A program made the translations under genes and the position numbers. A stretch of 47,467 nt of DNA, the filler included, from Jimgerdemannia flammicorona (taxonomy: Eukaryota), in assembly GCA_003990765.1 (NCBI GenBank). It is 2 parts of 2 records of this genome, joined end to end, with 100 filler letters (N's around TTAATTAATTAA, not from the genome) between each part and the next. Parts side by side here need not be neighbours in the genome. Positions count along the whole stretch, not along the records: positions 23,786 to 47,467 come from RBNJ01001081.1; 1 more part is not named here. One strand, given 5' to 3'. Shown here piece by piece: positions 35,614 to 47,350 of the stretch. The notes beneath the pieces were generated by a model. That model made no database searches. It worked only from the letters and a program-made list of their open reading frames with translations, and was not told the DNA's origin. Each line of letters opens with the position of its first letter. The stretch's first letter is position 1.

Positions 35614-38600
35614 CTATGTCCACTGAGTTGTTATATTCTTCCGAAAACCTGCCAAAGAATAGTGGTGAACCCTTTCTGAAAAACCTCTCACATAGGATAT
35701 CTGACCTGCAGTAGTTGCTCAAAATACAGCAAACAATGCCCCAGGATATGGAGCCTATCCTGCAGCCCCTGGACTAAAACAACTCATAATTGCTCAATAC
35801 TGCAGTAAAACCATGATTGCCGAATCTTGAGTAAAACTCTGCAACCTCAAATTTTATATATATGGCAAGGAAGAATTTGAAACCTTCTGTACAAAACTTG
35901 AGTCACTCCTGAACACTGTTAGCCTAGGATACATTGCCAATGATAAAGCACAAAATGGTATAAGAGAAGACTATCTATTTGATGCACTATCTGAATGGCT
36001 TACCAGAAAAATCTGAGAATAAGGATGCCTAGTTAGTTGTGATCACTAACAATGGTGCCTAGTAAGAATCAAGACTATGGTTAAGCAAATCCTAACAGCT
36101 AGACCAATTCTGCCCCAAAGACAATTCAACAATAAGAAAAAGACTTAGACCAAGAAAGAAGAACTCAAGCATGAAGCATCCCAAGCTCTCTCAACATCCA
36201 CCTCATGGACACCCAGAAATCATGAACCCATCTAGCCAAGTACCTTCAAGAAACTCACTGAAGGAACTTCGAAGAAGTGGAGTATGCTTCTATTGCCAAA
36301 AAACAGGACACATGACCAGTGTATGCCTACCCCAACTGAAAACCCCAAACAGCAACATGAGCAACTGTTACTACTCTGCACCATCTCAATAACCTGACTA
36401 CCAGAATACTGGACTTTGTCAAGTTAAGACAAACTACCAAGGCCCTAACCAAAGGAAGTCAAAAGGCAGCTGGATATGACCTGTATGCAGCCAAAGGAGC
36501 TATAGTCTCCAATCAAGAAGTCAAGTAAGTCTACACAGGAATCAGCATCTAAATTCCCAAAGGATATATTAGAAGAATATGCTGTTGCAGCAGCCTAGCA
36601 TTGAAAGAACTCTCAGTAGAAGGAGGAGTCATTGATAAAGATTACACAGGTGAAATTATTGTCCTTATCTGAAACTATAGCTGGATACCCTTCAAGATCT
36701 CTATTGGTTTCTGCATTGCCCAGATCCTATTTGAGAAAATCAAGTCAACTCTGACAGTCAAGGAAGTCCCTGAACTACTACCTACCATCTAAGGATCCAA
36801 AGGATTTGGTTCATCAAACAAGGCCCCAGCCCAACCCACCATGAATAAAGAAGAACAATTCTACAAGAAAATTAAAGACAGATATATACCAAGTGGCTGA
36901 TGCCCACATGGCATTAGAATGTACTCTTTCCAAATGATCAATAATTACTTCTCTTGTGTCAATAAACTGGCTCAAAGAAGAACCAACAGAAGAAAAGCTC
37001 CTACAACTGAAATTACCACCATTGGATCAGACAAACTGCTTATACTCCAAGCTTTTGTCAACTGAGCACCTGTCAAGATTATGATAGACAGCAGTGCCTC
37101 AGACAACTTTATCAATGAAGAAACAGCCAACAGACTCAAGGTCTTCACCTCTCCAGTACAACAAACTCAAGCAGTTGCTATAGCTGATGGAACCTCACAT
37201 GTCATTAGCAAGGAAGTCCGCAATCTACCCTTCTGAATCAGTGACTATCGAGTACATATTACCCTCTATATCATACCACTTCCTGATAATGAAATCATCC
37301 TTGGAACCCCATGGTTGAAATAAGAGAACCCCATGATTGATTGGGTAAACCATTCTCTGACCATTAAGAAAGGATGCCATAACTTCAAACTGTAAGGTAA
37401 AAAAGACCCACTCAGCTCTAGTGACTCTGGACTAAAGATCACCCACATCAACAAGCTGCAGCTCAAGAAATTGGCCAAGAAATGTCCACTCTTTACTATC
37501 TCCATCTGCCCATCCAAAGGAGAACTTGAGAACTCAGAAGAAGACTTTTCCAAAGTTGATAGCCATGTTAGACCACTACTCCAGAAATTTCAAGATATAT
37601 TTCCAAAGAAACTTCTGAAAGGCCTATCTCCCAAATGAGCAGTAGACCATGTCATCAAGACCATTCCAGATGCCAAGCCAGCCTTCAAGTCAATCTACCA
37701 TATGTCTCCAAGAGAAATTGATGCACTCAAGAAAGAAATCAATGAACTCCTAGAACAAGGATTCATCAGACCCAGTATATCACCCTATAGTGCACCAGTC
37801 TTCTTTATTGTCAAGAAAGGAGAAGACTTGTGAATGTGTATTGATTACCATAACCTCAATGAACAGACTATCAAGAACTGTTGTCCACTACTCAGAATTG
37901 ATGAAATATTTGACAGGCTTACCAACCCACAATTTATGAGCTCTTTTGACCTATGAAATAGTTACTAGCAAATTGCCATAAAAGAAGAAGACATCTACAA
38001 GACAGCCTTCCAAACCTGCTATGGATATTTCAAATTCCTAATTATGCCTTTCAGCTTAACTAATGCTCCTGCAACCTTCTAGACCCTGATGAATACCATC
38101 CTGCACCCATATCTGGACAAATTCATTATTGTCTACATTGATGATATCTTAGTCTTCAGCAAAACCCTGGAGGAACATCTTGAACACCTTGAACTAGTAC
38201 TACTGAAACTCTGAGAAAACTGACTCTTTGCAAAACTCAACAAGTGTGAATTCCTCCTGAAGGAAATTCAATTTCTTGGACACATTGTTACACCAAATGG
38301 AATCAAAGTAGACTCTAGCAAAATCTCCACAATCAAGGATTGGCCCAGACCCAAGAAGCTGAAAGACCTCCAGTCATTCCTGGGATTAGCAAACTATTAT
38401 AGGTGATTTGTTGCCAACTTTGCTAAAATTGCTACTTCCCTTACCCAAATGACTAAGTACAATAAGAAAGAAGAACAGCCCTGGACTATGAAATAAGAAA
38501 AAGACTTCAATAATCTTATAAATTAGGGATCTGAGCAAGATACTGCCTTTCAAGCACTAAAGGATGTCTTGATAACCACTCCAGTACTTCAAGTGGCAAA

Positions 38601-41331
38601 CCCTGCCCTACCATATGAAGTTACTACTGATACCTCTGACCTAGCCCTTGGAGCAGTACTTATGCAAGAAGAACACTCTGTGGCCTATTACTCTTGCAAG
38701 TTCAATGATGCCAAAATCAACTACATAACTCATGAGAAGGAAATGTTAGTCATTGTAGACACTCTGATCAAATGGCAACTATACCTAGAAGGAGCACACT
38801 TCACTGTACTGACTGACTACAAGTCATTAGTCAATATCAAGACCCAGGCTACTCTTTCTCGAAAGCAAGCCAGATGAATGAAAGTTCTCACCAACTTTGA
38901 CTATAAAATCCAGTACTGCCCTGGCAAGGAAAATATTGTCACCAATGCAATCTCCAGACTACCAATTGAAGAAGTTATCCAAACTCTCACCTTGGTTACC
39001 AACTCCATCATAGAACAAATTATCACTGCATGTACTGATGATAAAGAAGCTTAAGTACTTCAAGAAATTCTGAAATATGACAATACTGATAAGTATATCC
39101 AGTATAATCAATACCAACTCAAGGATAATGCCATCTACTACAAGGACAGATTATATGTTCCAAACAACCGAGACCTCTGAAGAACTATCCTATTCAAATA
39201 TCATGATGCCCCTACAGCTGGATATTTAGGATTCAACAAATGCTATGAAGTTATCTCCCAAAACTTCTATTGGCCCTATATGGCAGATCGGCTCAAGACC
39301 TATATCACTTCCTGTGATGCCTGCCAACAGAACAAGTCCTCAACACTAACAAAACCTGGTCTACTCCACCATATCCCAGTACTATCTGCTAATTGAGAAT
39401 AAATCTCTATGGACTTCATTATATAACTACCTCAAACCAAGAATGAGAAAGATGCAATTGTTGTCTTCATAGACTATCTCAGCAAACAAGCCCACTTTGT
39501 GCCAACTACTACCACTACAACAGCACCAGACATAGCTACACTCTTGTTTGACAATATCTTCCAATACCATGGTCTTTCTAAGATCATTATTAATGACTGA
39601 GACCCGAAATTTACCAGCCATTTTTGGAAAGCCCTCCATACATACCTTGAAATGAAACTTGCACTATCTATAGCCTTTCACTCTGAAACTGATGGCCAAA
39701 CTGAAAGAATGAACTGAACTCTGGAACAAATGCTAAGGAACTATATTTCCTACAGAAAAGATGATTGGTATAAACACCTCACCATAGTCGAGTTTGTCTA
39801 TATATAATAACAGCAAGCAAGCCTCTCAGGGAATGACCTCATTCTTTGCCAATATAGGACAAAACCCAAACACTCCTCTGACACTTATCCGAACCACTGA
39901 CGAATCCTCCACAGTTGAAGCTGTTGAAGAATTCCTACTCCAAATGTGTAATCTAAGCCAGATTACAATTGAGAACTTATTACAAGCTCAAGAACAACAG
40001 TCACAGTATGTTAACCAATACTACAGAGAAGAAACCTTCGATATTGGAGAAAAAGTTCTACTAGATATCCAAGGATACTGAGTTGACAACCTTAAGTACA
40101 GACCATCTACAAAGCTGAACAGTAAGTTTATTAGACTATTCAAAGTTATTGTACAAGTCTCTCCTACTTTCTACAAATTAGCACTACCAGATACCATTAG
40201 GATTCACTCAGTCTTTAATGTCCAATGTCTCAAGTGATATAATGAGAATGATGATGAGCTATTCCCAAATCAGAGCACCGAACCACCTATACCTATCATC
40301 ATTAATGACTAAGAAGAATACAAAGTCAAACAAATCCTCAACAAACATGGCCACAAGAACTGCCCTGAGTACCTTGTCAAATGGAAAGGTTATCCAATCC
40401 ATGATGCAACCTGGGAACCCAAGACCAATCTCCAGAATGCTACTGACTTAGTTTAGGAATATGATTCCTTAAATAACTGAAACCCAAATTCTCCTGCACC
40501 TATCAGTTCATACTATATATTACACCTCCTGAACATATTAATTATCATGAACCAAATCAAGAACTCAGTAAGACAAGATAAAAGAATATTGACTCTCTAG
40601 AAAAAATAGCAAAACTAAAAGCCAACCTATTCTCTCTATACCATTAGTGGGAAACGAGGCATAGATATTTAAGAAGATTCCTTAGAGGAAATTCTCCAGC
40701 AGTGAATGACATCAGAATCACTTCCAGCATATGGCATTGAATATATGACCCTTTAATGTGTGAATCTAATATATTAGGCAACTATACTATGAGCATGCTA
40801 CTTTCTGAAAAAATAGACTTTATTGGACTTTTGATCTTCCAAATGGTATAACAATACTAGAACAAAATTAGAAGGCCCCAATGAGGATATTGAAAGCTAA
40901 GAAGGGGAGAGTTGTAAGTACATAATCTCTAAGCCACCGAAATCATACATCACCCTCTGAACAAGCTACTGAAATCACATGTAACCTCTGAATAAATCTG
41001 GAAATCACCTGCAAGATCATGAAGCTGAGTCAAACTGAAGTCATAGCATATAAAGCTGAGTCAATATAAAGTCACAGAACACAAGACTTATACAAATGGA
41101 ATTTTACCAATCAGGACCAAATGCATATATACTGAGCACCAAGACATATTCCAAAACAAACAACAACTACAACTTCTGAATATACACAAATATGACCACT
41201 GAGATCTATAACTGCATCTGTACTGACATTTGGAATGCCATTATCAACTGAGCCACACCCCCTCTGCCCCTTATGAATATCCATAGCTTAGCACCTCTCT
41301 ACTTCATGGAAGCCCAATGGAATGCCCTAAA
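35614..41331 (+). mobile_element. G2: 5'-truncated G-family copy (mid-gag to partial 3' LTR)
   Basis: Begins at CTATGTCC, equivalent to ~44607 in G3. Contains dUTPase, PR, RT ([10 protein letters not shown]), RH, IN and chromodomain EEYKVKQIL..EYLVKWKGYPIHDATWEP (~40310-40430). PPT AAGAAGGGGAGAGT at 40899-40912. Confidence 0.94.
40913..41331 (+). repeat. G2 3' LTR, first 419 bp, interrupted by G3
   Basis: Starts TGTAAG after the PPT, matches 41332-~41758, and stops inside the U3 ORF. Confidence 0.93.
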
Positions 41332-41619
41332 TGTAAGCGCACAACCTCCAAGCCACCGAAATTACACATCACCCTCTGAACAAGCCACCGAAATTACATG
41401 CGACCTCTGAACAAATCTGGAAATCACCTGCTTGATCACGAAGCTGAGTCAAACCAAAGTCACAGCACACAAAGCTGAGTCAATATGAAGTCATGGAACA
41501 CAAGATTTATACAAACAGAATCTTACCAATCAGGACCAAATGCATATATACCGAGCACTGAGATGTATCGAATCAGAGAACCAAAACAAACAACAATCAC
41601 AACTTCCAAATACACAAAT

Positions 41620-42706
41620 ATGACCACTGAGATCTACAACCATATCTGCGCTGACATTTGGAATACCATTGTCAACCGAGCCACACCCCCTCTGCCCCTC
41701 ATGAATATCCATAGTCTGGCACCCCTCTACTTTGTGGAAGCCTGATGGAATACCCTGAACATGCTTAGCGAGGCCTACCGAATTGGACAAATCTCAAGCT
41801 ACTACCAGATTGGCCGCCTCCTGGAAGATATGGTTGAACACCACCATGATACAGATATTACCCAGATGTCTCAACACCAGAAGCTCATCGCCTACAAACA
41901 TCGAGAACTCTTCTATGAGTACAACACCTTTATTCCCTACCTCCGAGTCACTACCAGCGAAATGGTTGCTACTCTGTCCTATGGCCAAATCGATGACATG
42001 ATACAAGAACTCAACCACAAGTATCTCAAATACGTCCAGACCACAGACAGAACCTTCCCGCACCCTAATGACCATATCCTGCAAATGCCTCAAGTCGGAT
42101 ATGCCATGAAGGACGTCTATGATATAATCCACTTTGACGAAGATGAAGCAGAAGACAATGATCCCTCTGACGCTAACATGACCTCTAGCCAAGGATCTCT
42201 GCCAACCCTGATCACACCGCCAAACTTGCTGAAGAACTTGCAACAATTCATAACTACATACGAGACTTATTGGGACAATGACCACTGGCACGAATACCAA
42301 CCCATGTTCACCCCCGATTACTTCAATTACAATGAAGAGACCAGAGAATACAACCTATACCTCCAGACAACCCTCAAGATTGAACCAACCACTCCACCAC
42401 CTGAGTACGAGTGACATGAACCACAGCTGCTAGCTTACTACAATCCTGCAACTCATAGTGCTGTAATCTATAGAAGATATACAGACAGTGAATCCAGACA
42501 ATATACCCATCCTTCACCCACCAACACCTTATCCAGCCTACGAGACAGACAATGCTATCCTGTAGGATGGTGACAAAGTTCCAATGTATTATTACCTCAG
42601 CGAACAAGGAGAAGTAATCTGTGAACCACTCTTCCTAGATGACTACTTCATCAGAGATGATGCAATTGATGGTGATATCATCGAAGACTACCCAGACAGC
42701 GCCTAA
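41620..42706 (+). pseudogene. U3-encoded ORF (copy in the G3 5' LTR), consensus ~365 aa
   Basis: Includes track ORF 41761-42414. TGA stops at 41743 and 42412 are probably CGA-derived. An 11-bp deletion lies near 42495 relative to the G1 copies. Confidence 0.8.
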
Positions 42707-42895
42707 ATCCATAAATAGCCTAGCAGTCATAGTATAGTTAGATTAGTATTGTGCGACGTGACTGCGAACTGACTCAGCAGTCAGACGATCTCTTGACATA
42801 TCAGATCACACTTGTACTACATGACTGCATTCCGACTCAGCAAAGCACTTAGTGCTACATCCATATTCAATATAGTCTAGATAGCCCCTCACTAG

Positions 42896-42903
42896 TATAA
42901 ATA
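42896..42903 (+). promoter_or_regulatory. Candidate LTR TATA box (TATAAATA); poly(A) signal AATAAA at 43019-43024
   Basis: Both motifs are conserved in all four LTR copies that cover this region and lie downstream of the U3 ORF. Confidence 0.55.
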
Positions 42904-43385
42904 CCCCCTCCCCCAAACCTCAGAATCTCAGACTCGAATACACAAGAACATTCCTGAATACTTCCCCACAATATCCCTTTACACAACTACTCCTAGTATA
43001 GCAATATCATGAATAACAAATAAACCTATTCCATAATCCATAAACCACTCTTAAGTAAATCTGCTCCCTGTTAGGTCCTACTCCTAACCCCGTCACGAAA
43101 TTTCCTAATTGGGTATTGTCTGCAGTGATACACCAATTCAACTAAGCTGGTCTTAGTGTCTTGAACTTCCTGAAATACGGAAAATCCTGAACATCCAGAA
43201 CTAGTCCAAAAAAGGACTTTGGTTGAGATGTCAACCCAATCTTGAAATCAATAAGCATAGAGGATATACTCCATACGAAATTGATCTTGACCATAAGAAA
43301 ATAGTCTTCCAGAATATCCAGAATATCCAGAAAACCTTTCCAGAACTACATAACGGTTACCCTAAAAAGTAACCCTCTTACAACT

Positions 43386-43397
43386 TGGTAGTAGTGG
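43386..43397 (+). promoter_or_regulatory. Primer-binding site, tRNA-iMet-like
   Basis: TGGTAGTAGTGG (TGGTAGCAGTGG in G1), 3 nt after the LTR. Confidence 0.75.
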
Positions 43398-43399
43398 TT

Positions 43400-46300
43400 T
43401 ACAATCCAATTCCGCTTCAAGACGCTTCCTCACCCCACTACAAACCCTTCTGTGAATTCCTACAAGTTGGTATAAAGCCCAATCTCTAAACTGGAATTAA
43501 TCCGAACCATCTGACAATCTGGAGAGAATTGAACCTGATGTATAAAGACAATTTGACCTCCACACCTGCAACAAGTGGAACAAACTTCATTCCAAGAAAG
43601 AAATACTCCAGTTAAATCAGCAAATAGGCAAAACCCTATTTACTGAACTCCTTACACTACACCCAGCAAGTTAAGATGAAAAAGGTCTTATTGAAGCCTT
43701 CTTTACTCTTCTCAACAAGAGTTTTGTCAGCTCCACAAATCCGAGTGGCCTAGGACAACCAGCAGCAGTCTTTCTAGCCTTAGTTCCTTACGAAGCCCAA
43801 GCCTCTGTAGCCAAGTCGCTCAACTCTACCGACTTTCACCATACCAGGACCAAGACCGCATTATACTACCGATTCCAGAACAGTAAGGCCTGCTATATTC
43901 TTAAGGAAGAAGCAAGAAAAACCCTTCATCAACTACCTGACCCTGAACCTGAAGCAGGCCCTACTATAGCCCTACCTAAATCTGAAACCAATACCGAACC
44001 TGAACTTGACTTTGAATTAAGTCCGTCTGAAATCAGATATACAACTGATTCTGTCTACTTTGATGCCAAGCAAACCCAATTACAGGGGGACCAAACCGAA
44101 GAAGAGGAGGAGTATCTCACCAAATTCGATCCCAGATACACCACTGAAAGAGACACACACCCATCAGGACAGAATACACCTACACAGCAACAAACAGCTA
44201 TCTATCAAGCCCTCACTCCAGACCCACAACTACTACTCCAGCAGCTTACACAGACCCAAAGAACCCCATCACACTCTGCACCAGTACCTCAAGTAGTACC
44301 AGTAACACCACTACCAGCAGTCCAGCCACCTCCAGTAAACAACATGGTAAACCAACAGATTCTTAACCTCACAGCCCAGGTAGCCATAATGGCAGCAACC
44401 ATTACTACCTTAGCTAAACAGACCTGACCTACCAAAAATCTGAGCCTACCTACCTTCAATGGTACCATACAAGAAGTCCAAAGCTTCATTAGTGTAGTTG
44501 ACACCAACTTTGAAGCCAATCAATAGACCAATGAGCAAGTTGCTGACCACATTCTGACAAACAATCAAGACCACACCCTGGAACAACTCTTTGCTATAAC
44601 TACAGCCTATGTCCACCAAGTTGTTACATTCTTCCAAGGACCTGATGAAGAATAGTGGTGAACCCTTCCTGAAAAACCCCTCACATGGAATACCTGACCT
44701 GCAGTAGTTGCTCAGAATGCAGCAAACAATGCCCCAGGATATGGAGCCCATCCTGCAGCCCCTGGACTCAAACAACTCATGATTGCTCAATATCGCAGTG
44801 AAACCATGATTGCTCAATATCGCAGTGAAACCATGATTACCGAATCTCGAGTAAAACTCCGCAACCTCAAATTCAATGTACATGGCAAAGAAGAATTTGA
44901 AACCTTCTGTACAAAACTCGAGTCACTCCTGAACACTGTTGGCCTAAGATACATTGCCAATGATGAAGCACGAAATGGTATAAGAGCAGACCATTTATTT
45001 GATGCCCTGCCTGAATGGCTTACTAGAAAAATCTGAGAACAAGGCCGCCCAGTTAATTGTGATCACCAACAATGGTGCCTAGCAAGAATCAAGACCATGG
45101 TTCAGCGAATCCTAATAGCTGGACCAATTCTGCCCTGAAGACAATTCAACAACAAGGAAAAGACTTGGACCAAGAAAGAAGAACTCAAAGCATGAAGCAT
45201 CTCGAGCTCCCTCCACATCCACCTCTTGGATACCCAGAAATCATGAACCCACCCAGCCAAGTACCTTCAAGAAACTTACTGAAGGCAAAAGAAATGAACT
45301 TCGAAGAAGTGGAGTATGCTTCCACTGCTGAAAGACAGGACATATGGCCAGTGCCTGCCCCAACTGAAAACCCCAAACAGTAACACGAGCAACTGTTACC
45401 ACTCTGCACCACCTCAACAACCTGACCACCAGAACACTGGACTTTGTCAAGTTAAGACAAACTGCTAAGGCCCCAACCAAAGGAAGTCAAAAAGCAGCTA
45501 GATATGACCTGTATGCAGCTGAAGAAGCTACAGTTTCCAACCAAGAAGTCAAACAAGTCTATACAGGAATCAGTATCCAAATCCCTGAAGGACATGTTGG
45601 AAGAATATGCTGTCGCAGCAGCCTAGCACTAAAAGGACTCTCAGTAGAAGGAGGAGTTATTGATGAAGATTACACAGGCGAAATCATTGTCCTCATTCGC
45701 AACCACAGTTGGACACTCTTCAAGATTTCTATTGGCTTCTGCATCACCCAGATCCTATTCGAAAAAATCAAGTCAACCCTGACAGTCAAGGAAGTCTCTG
45801 AACTACTGCCCACTATCCGAGAATCTAAAGGATTTGGCTCATCAAACAAGGCCCCAGCCCAACCTACCATGAGCAAAGAAGAACAATTCTACAAGAAGAT
45901 CGAAGATGGATATGTACCAAGTGGCTGATGCCCTCATAGCATTGGAATGTACTCTTCCCGAATGATTGATGATTGCTTCTCTTGTATCAATGAACTGGCT
46001 CAAAGAAGAACCAACAGAAGGAAAGCTCCTACAACTGAAATTACCAGCATTGGATCAGACAAACTGCTCACCCTTAAGGCTTTTGTCAATGGAGCACCTG
46101 TCAAGATTATGATAGACAGTGGTGCCTCAGGCAACTTCATTAATGAAGAGATAGCCAACAGACTCAAGGTCTTCACCTCTCCAGTACAACAAACTCAAGC
46201 AGTTGCTACAGCTGATGGAACCTCACATGTTATTAGCAAAGAAGTCTGCAATCTACCCTTCCGAATTGGCAACTACCAAGTACATATTACCCTCCAAATC

Positions 46301-47315
46301 GAACCACTTTCTGACAATGAAATCATCCTTGGAACTCTATGGTTAAAACAAGAAAACCCCATGATTGATTGGGTAAATCATTTCCTGACCATCAAGAAAG
46401 GACGCCATAACTTCAAACTACAAGGTGAAAAGGACCCACTCAACTCTAGGGACCCTAGACCAAAGATCACCCACATCAACAAGCTACAACTCAAGAAATT
46501 GGCCAAGAAATACCCTCTCTTCGCTATCTCCATCTGACCATCCAAAGGAGAACCCGAGAACTTTGAAGAAGATTTTTCCAAAGTTGACAACCGTGTCAGA
46601 CCACTGCTCCAGAAATTCCAAGACATATTCCCAAAGAAGCTCCCAAAAGGTCTACCTCCCAAATGAGCAGTAGACTATGCAATCAAGACTATCCCAGATG
46701 CCAAACCAGTCTTCAAGTCAATCTACCACATGTCTCCAAGAGAAATTGATGCACTCAAGAAGGAAATTGACGTACTCCTAGAATAAGGATTCATCAGACC
46801 CAGCATATCACCCTATGGTGCACCAGTCCTCTTTGTTGTCAAAAAAGGAGGAGACCTGCGAATGTGCATTGACTACCATGATCTCAATGAACAGACTATC
46901 AAGAACTGTTGCCCACTACCGAGGATTGATGAAATATTCAATAGGCTCACCAACCCACAATTCATGAGCTCTTTTGACCTGCGAAATCGTTACTGGCAAA
47001 TTGCTATGAAAGAAGAAGACATCTACAAGACAGCCTTCCAAACTTGCTATGGACACTTCGAGTTCCTGGTTATGCCCTTTGGCTTAACTAATGCTCCAGC
47101 AACCTTCCAGATACTGATGAATACCATTCTGCATCCATACCTAGACAAATTCATTGTTGTCTACATTGACGACATCCTAGTCTTCAGCAAAACCCTGGAG
47201 GAACATCTTGAACACCTTGAACTAGTACTACTGAAACTCCAAGAAAACAGACTCTTTGCAAAACTCAGTAAGTGCAAATTTCTTCTGAAAGAAATTCAAT
47301 TCCTTGGACACATTG

Positions 47316-47317
<2 letters not shown>
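43400..47317 (+). pseudogene. gag-pol: G3 gag-pol (Gag-dUTPase-linker-PR-RT), decayed and truncated
   Basis: The zinc knuckle CFHC*KTGHMASACP runs in frame into the dUTPase (~45450-45845), then CPH-x12-CxxC, the protease and RT (track ORFs 45947-46537 and 46862-47377). Confidence 0.94.

Positions 47318-47350
<33 letters not shown>

Larger units (their letters stand above)
41332..43382 (+). repeat. G3 5' LTR (2051 bp)
   Basis: TGTAAG...CTTACA terminal inverted repeat; followed by the PBS. Confidence 0.96.
41332..47317 (+). mobile_element. G3: G-family copy (5' LTR to RT), nested in the G2 3' LTR and interrupted by a poly(A) retroposon end
   Basis: LTR 41332-43382, PBS, gag, dUTPase, PR (MIDSGASGNFI) and RT ([35 protein letters not shown]). 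Confidence 0.95.

Noticed and set aside
41485..41619. Longer N-terminus (MKSWNT...) for the U3 ORF
   Set aside because: The start codon is ATG/ACA/ATA across copies, consistent with CpG decay of ACG. The ATG at 41563 is likewise ACA in G2.
41620..42706. U3 ORF as an env gene
   Set aside because: No signal peptide, hydrophobic transmembrane segment or furin site is visible.
44779..44832. 27-bp in-frame tandem duplication in G3 gag
   Set aside because: It is private to G3 and flanked by CATGATT microhomology, so ordinary slippage explains it.
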